NCBI GenBank assembly: GCA_964016885.1
Contig: OZ024750.1
Location: forward strand, 5,580,001-5,644,000
Direction of reading: 5' to 3'
From: Eledone cirrhosa
Lineage: Eukaryota
Length of the DNA: 64,000 nt
Shown in pieces: positions 1 through 36,045 of this stretch. Both the position numbers and the translations under genes were made by a program. Under the pieces are notes generated by a model. That model saw only the letters and a program-made list of their open reading frames with translations. It was not told the origin of the DNA and did no database searches. Within the stretch, counting starts at the first letter, position 1, and every line of letters begins with the position of its first letter.

Positions 1-147
1 ACTGGGATAATTACTGGCCTTGTGCCTAAAGTAGAAACATTTATTATTCTTACCAACGTCAAGTTGTTTCTTTTTGACTTCAACGTCAGTGCTAAACTCG
101 TCGAGAAGTTGTTTGTTTAGTTGATCCGATATTTCCCCCGAACTTAC

Positions 148-21141
<20,994 letters not shown>

Positions 21142-21147
21142 GTTTGT

Positions 21148-21440
21148 TGGTAGTAGTAGTAGTGGTGGTAGTGGTAGTAGAGGTAGTAGTGGTGGTGGTA
21201 GTAGTGATGGTGGTGGTAGTGGTGGTAGTAGTGGTAGTGGTGGTGGTAGTAGTGGTGGTGGTAATGGTGGTAGTAGTGGTGGTAGTGGTAGGGTTAGTAG
21301 TATTGGTTGTAGTGTTGGTAGTGGTAGTATTGGTTGTAGTGTTGGTAGTAGTTGTGGTAGTAGTTGTGGTAGTAGTTGTGGTAGTGGTAGTAGTAGTATT
21401 GTTACTAGTAGTGGTAGTATGTATTGGTAGTGGTAATGGC
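21148..21440. repeat. Cryptic (GGT/AGT)n trinucleotide repeat directly upstream of the putative start codon
   Basis: Visible GGT/AGT/GTT triplet array. Confidence 0.9.
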
Positions 21441-21669
21441 AATGATATTGGTAACAGTATTGCTGTCAAAACGGCAAGAGCTCAACCGTCGGGCCCCAAC
21501 TCTCTACTATATATATATATATATAAATATGTTAGTACATTTGTTATCATGATGGCGGCTGAACAGAGATTTATCAGTTATCAGGCTGAGAGTCTTAACG
21601 ACACTGGATGACTTCCCGTTTCTTTCTCTCTCTCTATATATATATCAGTATATATATATATATATATCA

Positions 21670-21760
<91 letters not shown>

Positions 21761-21781
21761 AGTATATATATATATATGCCA

Positions 21782-21818
<37 letters not shown>

Positions 21819-22808
21819 TATAGAGTTGCTGATCCAGATTCTCAAAAGTAGTTTTTAATAACCCTTCGTTTTCTTCTCTCCTCCCTCTCTCTTCCTTTCT
21901 CCTCCTTTCTCTCTCTTCCCTCTCTCTTCCATACCTCCCTTTTCCCATTCTCTCTCTCCTCTCTCTCTCTTCTCTCTCATTTTCTCTCCTCTTTCTCATT
22001 CTATTCCCCGCTCTCTCTTTTTCTTCCCCCTCTCTCTATCTCTCTCCCTCTCTCTATCTCCCCCCATCTCTCCCCCTCTCCCCTCTCTATCTCTCATTCC
22101 CTCCCCATCTCTCTCTCTCTCTTGACCACTTACACTTGTGGACGTATACATTAAGGTAGATAAAGGAATATAAATCTGGCATATCGATTAGTTCACATCA
22201 ATTTGACAGCAGTTCTGTTTAGACTAATAATATGCAAATATAAAACGACTTTCCACCTCCCCCCATCACCTCCCCCCATCACCTCCCCTCCTTCTCCCTC
22301 TCAACAAGGGATCGGCGGAGACTTTTATGTGGCCGCTGGAAATAGCGTTGAAATCGCCTTTAAATAATTGTTTCTACAAGGCCAGAAATTACTCCGCACA
22401 TTACTGGTACTTTATTTTATCGACCCTGTAAGGATGAAAGGCAAAGTTAACGTCGGCGAGATAAATACCACTTTAAAAAAGGAACACCTTGTCCTTATCT
22501 AGTTCTGAATGCATTATACCTAAAAAAAAAACAAACGTGGGATGGTCACACATGGAATCTCTTTGATCACAGGTCCATTCAACCAGATCCAACTTGAGTC
22601 TAAACAGCAACAAAAACAACCAGAAACTATCTTGTCCCAATTCAATCATATATATATATATATATAACCGGATATACATACACAGGGGAAAAAACCTGTT
22701 AGGCACCGTTGTATAAGACACGTTACACGGTTGGGCAGATAATTGATATCAATCTACATTTAGCTTGCTGTTGTCATTAAGTGAGATGAGACAACAGGAT
22801 GGGAGATG

Positions 22809-22869
<61 letters not shown>

Positions 22870-23338
22870 CTAAGAGGTTAGCATTAAGACAGGTTTCAGT
22901 AAACAAGAACTTCATGTTCAGACTTGCGTCCATAATAAATTGTCCATAGGTCGCCACCATATTTATGAGTTTTTCAATGAATATTTTAAGATGAACGTGT
23001 ATCAGCCAGTAATGTCTAGTTCAGTCTAGTTCCACTGCATGAAATCTTGGCCAAGTGTAATTTATCAGAGCTGTTAGTTGATCCACGCCTTTTGAGTGAA
23101 ATTGGGTAGACAGAAACTGTTTGGAAGCCCGTCTGATGGACTTGTACCTGTAAAATTCCAAGGGGTGACCTTGTCACACAGTGTCAGGCCGAATCTCCCT
23201 GAAAATTACGATAAGGGCACACGTGCTTGTGGAAATTGGGTAGATGGAAACTGCTTGCTAAATAGTCAGTAATATCATTGAGTTCGGAATTATTTATTTA
23301 CCACAATCACCTGGAAAATATAAATACGTTTTTATATA

Positions 23339-23451
<113 letters not shown>

Positions 23452-24442
23452 GTGAGTAGGAGATGTAGAAAAAAACCCCGATTACAGTACAGGACTGGTA
23501 CTTTATTTATCGACCTCAGAAAGATAAGAGGTAAAGTTGACCTCGGTGGGAGCAGGCAGCCGGAACGAATAGCACAAAGCATTCTATCCGCCGTTCTAAC
23601 GAGTCCAACTCAGTTATCATTCGATAAAAGTGCAACCATACTCGGATGTCGCGCACGGCCCCAAAATTAACCAAGAAACTTTGTTCATCATGATCGCCTT
23701 GAAAACGTCAATTCGGGTTATATAATGTTGCTAAGGTTAATTTAAGATTTGTTGTAAGGATATCGATTAGGTTACAGGCTATGGACTATTACTGATTGGT
23801 ATCATCATGAGAGACAGATTTATTTACTGTAAGGTTCATCGATTCACCTATCAATTTCATCTGCTATTTCTGTTTACATATCAATCTGTTTTACAGTCCT
23901 GCTTGTCTTGTATCTCCAGAGCGTTCCCTGTCTTTCTTTCTTTCTGTTCTCTTTGGTTCATCATGACATTCCTTCATCAAACTGTCGCACTGTCTGTCTA
24001 TCAACATATAAATCTGCCTGTTTGACAACCCATCAGCCGGATGATGTGGCCGCTCTATAACTGTACCACACACACACACACAAATATATATATATACACT
24101 CACACTCTCTCTCTCTCACACACACATATATATACACACACATATATATTCACACACACACACATATATATACATACACACACGTGTAAACAAGACCGTT
24201 ATTGTTATGCTCCAATCAGTATCAGTCTATTCACTATCGATAACGACCCAAAATATACATACACTTACACTACACATATACAATTTAAATACATATATAT
24301 ATATATAAAACAAGTATTGACGCCTCCCACACACATATACAACTCTAACACTAACCCTACCCCTAACCCTAAACCTAACCCTAATCCATTCCTCAGTAAG
24401 TTTAGTAATAAAGTTGTTTTAATGTCATAGTAATAGTAAAGA

Positions 24443-25293
<851 letters not shown>

Positions 25294-25500
25294 AGTATTA
25301 GTTATACTATTTATGGTTATGTAAATACAAAGCCTTAAGCAGTTGTAAGTATTTTACACACACCCTAAATAGTGGTAGGCAGTAATGTATTACTACCTTA
25401 TTACCAGTAAGTTAAGTAGCTCAATGTAAAAACATCAGATGAGATTTACAGAGCAGTTATATGAAATATAAGAATCAAAGAACTGTTCAAAACATTATTG

Positions 25501-25547
25501 TGCTTACAGCTGTTTCCTCCAAACCGAGGTTTGGATTCTTCGGAGCA
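25501..25547 (-). ncRNA. Type I hammerhead ribozyme-like motif with a core mutation (CCGAAGA)
   Basis: Minus strand: TGCT-CCGAAGA-A-TCCAAAC CTCG GTTTGGA-G-GAA-ACAGCTGT-A-AGCA. Stem I TGCT/AGCA, palindromic stem III, GUA triplet. Confidence 0.6.
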
Positions 25548-25932
25548 ATTTATTAATGCATGGACAGTTATATGACCTCCTTTTCAGCCGAGAGACATAC
25601 CAAATACATATTCAAACATTGATACATATTCAAACATTGTGGGTCAACATTCATTACAGAATTTAGAGTGGCAGTACACACTTCGAGATTACATTTATAT
25701 TAATAGGTACAATCAAAAATCAAAGATATAGGTTAAAGTACAACATGAAGATAAGTGGTTATATAGTGCAAATGTTATATGTGTGGCACGCATGTGCGTC
25801 TTGTTTATATAGTGTGGCAGAGAGATATGTGTGGTAGAGGCACTTAGGTAGGTAAATAAGAGTGTTAGGTTGGTAGGTCTGGTGGCAAAGTCTTTATATG
25901 ATTGATATAGTCTGTGTGTGGAGAAATATTTC

Positions 25933-26677
25933 ATATATATATATATGTATATATGTATATGTATATATATATGTATATGTATATGTATATATATATGTAT
26001 ATATATATGTATATATATATGTATATATATATGTATATATATATGTATATATATATGTATATATATATGTATATGTATATGTATATGTATATATATGTAT
26101 ATATATATGTATATATATGTATATATATATGTATATATATGTATATATATATGTATATATATGTATATATATATGTATATATATGTATATATATATGTAT
26201 ATATATGTATGTATATATATATGTATATATATGTATATATATATGTATATATATATATGTATATATATGTATATATATATGTATATATATGTATATATAT
26301 ATGTATATATATGTATATATATATATATATGTATATATATATGTATATATATGTATATATATATGTATATATATGTATATATATATGTATATATATGTAT
26401 ATATATGTATATATATGTATATATATATGTATATATATGTATATATATATATGTATATATATATGTATATGTATATGTATATATATATGTATATGTATAT
26501 GTATATATATATGTATATGTATATGTATATATATATGTATATGTATATATATATGTATATGTATATGTATATATATATATATATGTATGTATATATATAT
26601 ATATATGTATGTATATGTATATATATATGTATATGTATATGTATATATATATGTATATGTATATGTATATATATATG

Positions 26678-26738
<61 letters not shown>

Positions 26739-26845
26739 GTATATGTATATATATATGTATATATATATATATGTATATGTATATATATATGTATATGTAT
26801 ATGTATATATATATGTATATGTATATATATATGTGTATATATATG

Positions 26846-26876
<31 letters not shown>

Positions 26877-26993
26877 GTATATATATATGTATATGTATAT
26901 ATATATGTATATATATATGTATATGTATATATATATGTGTAGATATATGTATATGTATATATATATATATATGTATATGTATATATATATGTG

Positions 26994-27024
<31 letters not shown>

Positions 27025-27221
27025 GTATATGTATATGTATATGTATATATGTATATGTATATATATATATGTATATATATATGTATATGTATATATATAT
27101 GTATATATATATGTATATGTATATATATATATATGTATATATATATGTATATGTATATGTATATATATATGTATATATATTTATATATGTATATATATAT
27201 GTATATATATATATATATATA
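25933..27221. repeat. About 1.3-kb degenerate (TA)n/(TATG)n microsatellite
   Basis: Directly visible. Confidence 0.95.
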
Positions 27222-27300
27222 CTATAGTTAAAACAGAAAACAATAACGAAGAGTGCAGTACAAAGCGTTAGTATTAGCTTCACGCTTGAGAGTGGGGGTG

Positions 27301-27340
27301 GGGGACGACGTTTCAGGCATTAGCCCTTCATCAGGAGAAA
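27301..27340 (-). ncRNA. Minimal hammerhead ribozyme core (stem I degenerate)
   Basis: Minus strand: CTGATGA-A-GGGC TAAT GCCT-GAA-ACGT-C, GUC triplet. Confidence 0.5.
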
Positions 27341-27419
27341 AGTGGGAAGGAAAAGAGTTCCGAGGGTGTGAGGGGGAGTGGTGGAAAGACATTAAAAGGG
27401 GGAGAAAAGAAGGGAAGGA

Positions 27420-27451
<32 letters not shown>

Positions 27452-27561
27452 AAAATCCCGACCGCGGCGCCATATACATGATACATGTGACATGTATATA
27501 AAATAAATATGTTTTAGGTGCTATTTTCAAATCTACATCATTTTCTCTCTCTCTCTCTCTC

Positions 27562-27665
<104 letters not shown>

Positions 27666-28371
27666 CCATAGGTTTATATATATATATATAAATATAAGGA
27701 CAATGTCTCTATTTCGGAAGTGGTATGAAAAAATCACGTGCTGTCTCTCCTTCATTAACTAAAAAGCAAACCAAGAAAAAAGATGAAGAAAAAAAAACTC
27801 ACAAAAATCCTAACAAAAAATGATCAAAAACGAAAATTCTTCATAAATATAACATTACATTATACTTTTTACCTTCTGCACCAATTACTTTCTTCACACT
27901 ATTTTCCGTTCTTTTGAATATAATAGCAATACTGTTCCATAATCTCTTATCAATGGTTTTAAAACTGGAAAAGCTCTAAAATCCGAAAGTTTCTTTTCAG
28001 AATCATGTTTTGTGTACAAAATACTGCAATATGAACTTTCAATATTCAGCAAAGTTTTCAACGTTCTTCTTTTTAAAAAGAAAAGAATTGAAGTAAATTT
28101 GTTGCATTTATTTAACCAAACTTTCCAGACACAAAAAACTAATAATTTTATTTTCTAATTCACCAATATTGATTGTTTATTAGTTTTTATGCTTTTTATT
28201 TGTTTTTTTTTAAAAATATAGTTTAATTATTTCTTTAAGAATCCAACTTATATATCAAAATAGTCCAGAAATTTCCTTAACCCTTTAGAATTTACATTAC
28301 TCTATATTTTCATGTTAAACACTTTATTTCACATAATTATCTCATATACTATCGAATCTATGAGATTTTGA

Positions 28372-28562
28372 TGGCGGTGGATTGGCAGTATCTGTAGAAG
28401 GTCGGACGCCATGCTTTCCAGCATAGTTACGTCCCTTTACGGTTTGAGTTCAAATCCCGTCGAGGTTAACTTTGCCTTTCATCCTTACGGGGCCGATAAA
28501 ATAAAGTACCAGTAATACACTGGGATAATTGCTAGCCTTGTGCCAAAAGTAGAAACAATTAT
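28372..28562 (+). mobile_element. SINE family A, short variant
   Basis: Full-length match to the other copies. Confidence 0.9.
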
Positions 28563-29689
28563 TAATTCTGAGAACAATACATCAGCATGAATGGCCAGTT
28601 ACAGCCGGTTTGGACAGAAAGAGGTGATAGAACAGATAGAGGTGATATGGCTGGTTTAAATGCTAAAGGCTTAACATTAATAATACTAATGTCAGTGCAC
28701 GAAAGTATTACGGTGTACTAAGTGTTGTTATTCTACGTTCTGGTTTTCTTTACTTTTTTGAGGGCTATGGGCATGGACATAGCAGGGCTGAATGGTTAAG
28801 ACGTTTATTTCGTAATCATTCGGTTTCGGGTTTGATCCCACTGCATGGCGTCATGGGCAAGTGTTATCATTTACCCATAGCCTCGTGTCAACCTATGACC
28901 TGTGAGGGAAATTGGATACAATCGAATAGATTGTACCTGTAATTTAAAAAAGCAAACCTTGCAACATACCCATACTGTGTAACTTTGCATCTCCCTGAGA
29001 ATTATATTAAGACTACACGTGTCTGTATGTTGCTCAGACACTTACACGTTAATTTCTTAAACAGGTAGTTCTGTTGATCAAACAACTGAAACACTCATCG
29101 TCGAATCAGACGGAGGTCCATAGTTTCTGAGAGTCGAACAATATTATGAACTCTTAATGTGTAAAAATAAATTATTTACGATATTTACTAGTCCAAACCT
29201 CGCCAAGATCAACTTTGTCTCCCATCATTTCGAGATCGATAAAATAAAGTACCAGTCAAGTTGATTTAATCAACTTTGTCTAATCTCCAAAATTGTTGGC
29301 CTTGTGCCTAAATTAGAAATCAATATTTAGTCTTTCTTACGTTTTACAATAATTAAATATGAAAGCAGATAGGTGTGATAAATATTGTAGATAAATATTG
29401 TAGATGTAAATTTTCGATAAGCTTTACGTTATCTCTGTTTACTATCCCCAATTACATCAAATTGACTTCCTTTATCTCATTAATACATATTCTAGTTCCT
29501 ATCCTCTAGAGATCTATGTTGTTCTACTTAAAAAATCAATACACTAGTATTATGGCGACTGTTGTAGATCAATTTCATACACATCCTTAAGTAGCAAACC
29601 AACAATATATGATATAATTTCTCCTAGAAGAGTTTGGCTTTGTATTTATGGTGTAATTGTTGTGGTTACTACCTCACAACACTCATAGA

Positions 29690-30020
29690 AGGTCATCACC
29701 TCACAACAGTAATACAATGCCACCACCTCACAACACCAATACAACGTCACCACCTCACAGCACCAATACAACATCACTACTTCACAACACTAACAGAACG
29801 CCACCACCTCACAACCCAATAAAATGCCACAACCCCACAACAGTAATACAACGCCACCACCTCACAACACCAATACAACGTCACCACCTCACAGCACCAA
29901 TACAACATCACTACTTCACAACACTAACAGAACGCCACCACCTCACAACCCAATAAAATGCCACAACCCCACAACAGTAATACAACGCCACCACCTCACA
30001 ACACCAATAGAACGCCACCA
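29690..30020. repeat. 27-bp minisatellite with a 134-bp higher-order repeat
   Basis: Unit about CACCTCACAACACCAATACAACGCCAC; the variant CACAGCACCAATACAACATCACTACTTC recurs at 29756 and 29890. Confidence 0.85.
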
Positions 30021-31368
30021 TATCACCATACCATAATTTCCAATCAGTAAATTAGTAGAATGTAATAAAGCAGACAACAAAATATTTCGTGATTTTCAGT
30101 TACATCTTTTTTTCGCCAAAGTCTTGTATTTTTTCGTTAGTTCGATAAAATAAAACGCCAGTGAAATTTTTGTCGACATAATCAACTACACCCCTCCCCG
30201 AAAATATGAGGTTTTGTACCTATAATTTCCAACCATTTCGTGAATTGTTGCATCAATCGATTTTATTATTCCAGCCACTACCTCCACCGCTAATATGATT
30301 CCTTGTGTCATTGTAACCATGAATATTCTAGAGATTATATTTCAGTCACGTAAAAAGACATCTATAAAAATTAATGTCCGTTATTCACGTATGGAGACAA
30401 CTACATAATGATTATGTATAATTATTAGTTGTTTAGCTCGACATCAGCACTTATTAAGCAGACATATGATCGGAGGTAACAATCTTATACTTTTATTTCT
30501 GTTTTTGTTTTTTAGACATAGCGTATTTAGGAATACATTAACCAATGTCTCTCCATCCTCTTAAAGAAGGTAGGATGCTATTTAAACGAGTTTTAGCTGC
30601 TGTTTCTAGCAGCGATAGGATAAAGGCTCCCTTGCTGGCTGGCTTTATGTGCGATTAATAATTGATTGCATGTGGGTGGTGGTGGTGTGGATTGGTAGAA
30701 TTGGTAAAGCATTAGATGAAATACTATTGCGTTATTTGTTATGGCTCTTTATATTCAAATCTCGTTCAAATCTCGCCAGGAAAGTCAACTTTTCTTTTCA
30801 CCATTCCAGGGTCAATAAAAAAACCCAGCCAAGTACTGGGGTCAAATCCTTTTCTGTATCTATTTATCACGTCCATTCCTTCCACTCCAACCTTCTCTGG
30901 AAGACATCTCGAAAGGATGAAAGGGAAAGTTGAATTGGATGGGATTTGGACTCAGAAGGCGGCGCAAGAGAAACGAAACGAATACTGCAAAACATTCCTG
31001 CCGACCTTTTTAATAACCCACCACTACGCCCCCTGGTGTATGAAGTATCGCATTTATATTATGCCTTCAATATGTGAAATAGATGTGGAAAGGTTGCAGG
31101 TAATTCTTATTATTCTTATATTCTACGTGTGTGGTATGTTTATTGATGGTTGAAGAATAAGAAACGAAATGTCTTTTTTTTATTTTTTTGGTGCCGGGTT
31201 TCTAAGTAGTTGATGTAAGTTTGGAGTAATCGTGATTTCATGTCTGGAGAATGGTAGGAGAAAGAATTACATGTAGGTGATGAGGCAGATGTAATATCTA
31301 TTTCTAGATATTACAGACTTTTAAATGTTTTCTTGTATTCTATAAAGACATGATTAGCCGGGGGGGTA

Positions 31369-31982
31369 CTCTAAGGTCTTGAATAATAACCGCCACCCCA
31401 CTTATTCATTTCTCAGATTTTTTCAAAGGCCCCTGCTTTATCCCGCCCTCCACCCATAGCTTATTAAATTTTGCTAATCTATTTCCAACGAAATTATATT
31501 GTAAGTGATTCATATCGATACAGCAGCTGGCGAATCTAATAAGAATTTTATTTTACATTAAAAAACACACATTATATATGACAAAAAAAAAAGAACATTA
31601 CAAGAAATCCTATATTTAGGAACGTACACTATACAATTACCGATTCCCATCCCCCTTATAGGCGCATGGCTTAGTGGTTAGAGCATTGGGCTTGCAATCG
31701 AAAGGTTGTGAGTTCAATTCTCGGACCGGGTGATGTGTTGTTTCCTTGAGCAAGACACTTTATTTCACGTTGCTCCAGTTTACTTAGCTATAGAAATGAG
31801 ATGATAGGGACTGGGGTCCCTATCATTAAATTACCCAAGACATCTCCAGCGAGATATACCTTGGAGGAGGCCAGCTAAACCTGCATATGTGTGAGCTGTA
31901 ACAACAACAACAACCCCCTTATAAGAATTTAAGTAACCCCCCCCCCTTCTTATTTCAACCCATATTATTTGGGACCCGAGAG
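31369..31982. mobile_element. TA-flanked TIR element (Tc1/mariner-type MITE) hosting a SINE
   Basis: TA-CTCTAAGGTCTTGAATAA ... TTATTTGGGACCCGAGAG-TA, imperfect TIRs. Confidence 0.6.
31661..31913 (+). mobile_element. CORE-like SINE (family D) with (ACA)n tail and 10-bp TSD
   Basis: TSD CCCCCTTATA at 31651-31660 and 31914-31923; A/B boxes; TCCTTGAGCAAGACACTTTA. Confidence 0.88.
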
Positions 31983-32187
31983 TAAATATATTGGGTTACA
32001 ATACAAAGTTGCTCTCTCTCTCTGGTTTAGAGTAAAGAATGTTTGATACACACTGTAAAAGAACATAAAGAAAACATTGAAATATGAAGAAATCATGTTA
32101 AAAATAAAATCCCTGTTATACAACATTCGTTAAGGTTTCCGTTGGAAAAAAAGTATCCTATAAAAAGAACATTCGATCTGGGATGGG

Positions 32188-32640
32188 AATAATGGTTTCT
32201 GATTTAGGCACAAAGCCAGCAATTTTTGGGGATGGGAAAGTCAATTAAATCGACGCCAGTAAGTCACTTGTACTTTATTTTACACTGTAAAGATAAAAGA
32301 CAAAGTTAACCTAGACAGGATTTGAAATCAGAAGTTGAAAGGTCGTAACTCTATGCCACAAAGCATGTTGTCCGATACTCTACCGATTCTGCTAATCCAC
32401 CACCCTTTGCTATACATATAATGGTTTCTGATTTAGGCACAAGCCCAACAATTTTCGGGGGAAAAGAGGCAAGTTGATTAAATCAACCCCAATGCTTTAC
32501 TGGTACTTTATTTTATAGACCTCGTAAGGATGAAATGCAAAGCTAACCTCGCCGGGATTTGAACTCAGAACGTAAAGATCCATAACTACATGCTGCAAAG
32601 CATGGTAACCAATCTTCTACCAATTCTGCCAATCCCCTAC
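32188..32640 (-). mobile_element. Two tandem SINE family A long-variant copies
   Basis: SINE A motifs; the flank TATACATATAATG is duplicated. Confidence 0.88.
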
Positions 32641-33045
32641 CCTCTTGTTATACATATAATGAAATCCAAGGTTATAATTTAACAATATAAAATGGCGGTG
32701 ATGTTATCTCTGGTTTGTTTCTCTCCATCTCTTCTAAATCATATACACTTCTCTTTTTTTCTCACGTAATTTACTAATCAGACATTTGTAAACATTAAAG
32801 TGTGAAAATTACTGAACAGATGTAGAGATATATTTTCTACAGTAAAATAATCTGCATCTGGCATGAAACCAGAGAGAATTTTATATATATATATATATAT
32901 ATATAGAATAAGAAAATGCGAAGTATTTTCAGATGTTAAAATCTTTTAGCATTTTCTTCGCATTTTCTTATTTTAAATATAATCTGTCATAAGTGGAAAA
33001 AGTACGTTGAGGTCTTGAATTAAATTGCATCAATGTTTACCTTAA

Positions 33046-33090
<45 letters not shown>

Positions 33091-33290
33091 GCACGGCAGG
33101 AATGAAAATCAGTGCTGCAATGACTGAGACTCTCGTCATCTCAAAGAAGCCTGCACAGTGCACTCTACATGTGAGTGGAGTGCTACTCTACATGTGAGTG
33201 GAGTTCTACTCTACATGTAAGTGGAGTTCTACCGAAGTAGGTGGAGAAGTTCAAATATCTGTGGGCCGTGTTCAAGTGTGATAGAAGTCA
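33091..33290 (+). mobile_element. RTE LINE reverse-transcriptase fragment with an internal tandem triplication
   Basis: AGMKISAAMTETLVISKKPAQCTLHVSG...VEKFKYL; CTCTACATGTGAGTGGAGT-like unit x3. Confidence 0.75.
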
Positions 33291-34878
33291 TGTGTATGCG
33301 TATAATTCTCTGCAAATTACATTTCCTATTTGTTTAGGGCTCGTCATTTAGGGTTTTGAAACAGACTTGAAAAAATTAGTACTGAACTGAGGTCGATATG
33401 TCGATATGATCGACTAAGTCCGATCAAGGCGGTGTTCCAGAATGGCCGCAATTTAATGAGTGAATCATATCAGAATAAAACAATATAGAAGTGAGTTTCA
33501 CTGCTATAACGACTTTCGTTGATTCACAATGACGACTTTAAATCACATTCAGTGTAAAATGCATACATAATGAAGAAGTGACCCCACAACAACAACAACA
33601 ACGATATGATAAACAACAGCAACACCAACAATGATAACAAAATATATTAACAAGAGCAAGAGAAGAAAAACAACAACAACAACGGCAATAACAGTAAAAG
33701 AAATAATGTTAAGAGCAACAGTTAAAATGATAAGAAAAGAAACGATATTAAAATCAATAACAAAACAACCCCCAAAACTATAGCAGCAATCACAATAGAT
33801 CAATTGTTTAATATTCTCTAATATTCCCTAATCGATTTAATCGGCTGCTATAGTAAACTGTAGGTACTATTGGTGTATATTCTATTGAAAACCGTCACGG
33901 GTGAAGGGCGAAATAAAGGATGAATGGTTCAGTTTTTTTTATATTCAGTTTTTTTTATATTTTTATCATTTCTGTTTGATCTAACTTCCGTCAGTCATGC
34001 TTTGTTGGGGTTTTTGTTAATTAAGAACCAGCCCTACTCTTTGCAATTTAGATATTGCTGATAATTTTCACATCGATCCATAGAGAGATGAAAGGCTTAG
34101 TTTGCAACAACTTTAAAAGGGAACGATCCTTATAACAAAGATAATTGTATTGAGGCATTCCAATTGCAATGTTTCGTTTGTTATCAGAGAAACCTGAGCG
34201 AAATATATAACGAAATGAAAGTGGAAAATATTTGCTTTTGTCTTCAGAATAAATGAAAGGAAAGAGAAAGCTAGAATATGAAAGTGTCAGAAGGGAAACA
34301 AAAGGGAAATAATAAAAAACAAAAAAAAAAAACGATAATAAGAAAAACTACTGAATCCATACAAAACAATGCAAAAAGCAAAATAATTGCCCAAATGGCT
34401 GACGGCAAAAAGAAATGGTAAACATTTAAGTTAACAAACTGGCTTCACTACGTGTACACACAATCATACAATCACATACTGACACGCATGCGCACACACA
34501 ATTGGTCCAAAAGATTTGCTTCATTGCATATATATATATATATTAGAAGAATTTAATATATCATAGAAGAAAGACGCGCACATACATATATACATACATG
34601 CACATACAGTATATATATATATATATACATCCAGAGAGAGAGAGAGAGAGAGAGAGAAAACAGATAGTGGAAAACTCTACCCTAGTTCTGGACGAAAAGT
34701 AAAGAGGATCTTGGTGGGATTCGAACTCAGAGTGCAGAGAGCCAATATATATATGTATATATATATACACACGCACACACAGACACACATATATATATTT
34801 ATATATCTACATCTATATATACATACATACACTATATATATATACACTATATATATATATACACTATATATATATATA

Positions 34879-34926
<48 letters not shown>

Positions 34927-35404
34927 GTTATACTTATTAATTGAATCGATTATCGATTGTTTGATATCATGATATCAGCTGTATCAATTTTGCAGGTAAC
35001 CGTAATTAATTTATAGGATATATCTATAATTTTGGTATTTTTATTAATTGACTTGATGATCGATTAGTTGTTTATGATATTAATATTTGTTAATAACCCT
35101 AATTGACTTGTTCAATATCACCACTACATCACTGATTGGTTAAGTGAAGTATTCGATTACTGGATCGATTTTAATTAACATCGAGTAAGATGGTGTTACA
35201 GTGTTAGGGTTGCGCAAAGCATCTCTCAGTAACGTGATCTCGTAAATTTATTAATATATACACACACATATATATATACATATATATATATACATATATA
35301 TATATATACATACAATATATACATATATATATATAGACATACAATATAATTGTGTATATATACATATATACATATATATATATATACATACAATATAATT
35401 GTGT

Positions 35405-35435
<31 letters not shown>

Positions 35436-35946
35436 CATACAATATAATTGTGTATATATAGATATATAGATATACAAATAAAAAAATATATAAATAAAAA
35501 TATATATATATAAATATGTATATATATATATTTATATCTATAAAGAAAAAATATATATAAATAAAAAAAAAAATATATATACACACACAATTATATTGTA
35601 TGTATATATATATATTTATATCTATAAAGAAAAAATATATATAAATAAAAAAAAATATATATATACACACACAATTATATTGTATGTATATATATATAAT
35701 TTCATTAAATCAAGAATCTATTACGAACTGCAATCATCACCATTAAACTATATATATATATATATATATATTGTTATACTTTGGGAGGGTCATGTTGCCA
35801 ATAAGAAAACACACAAACACACGCACCAGTTGCTTTCACTTCAATTTATTATAATAAATTTATAAATTTAGGAATATATATATATATAGTTTAATGGTGA
35901 TATTGCAGTTCGTAATAGATTCTTGATTTAATGAAATTTTCCTCTC

Positions 35947-36045
<99 letters not shown>

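Noticed and set aside
24345-24385. Telomeric (CCCTAA)n
   Set aside because: Only about six degenerate units; interstitial and probably part of a repeat element.
27893-28075. About 59 open codons on the minus strand in AT-rich DNA
   Set aside because: No convincing donor or homology; compatible with chance.
29690-30020. CRISPR-like array
   Set aside because: Contiguous tandem units with no unique spacers, in a eukaryotic context.
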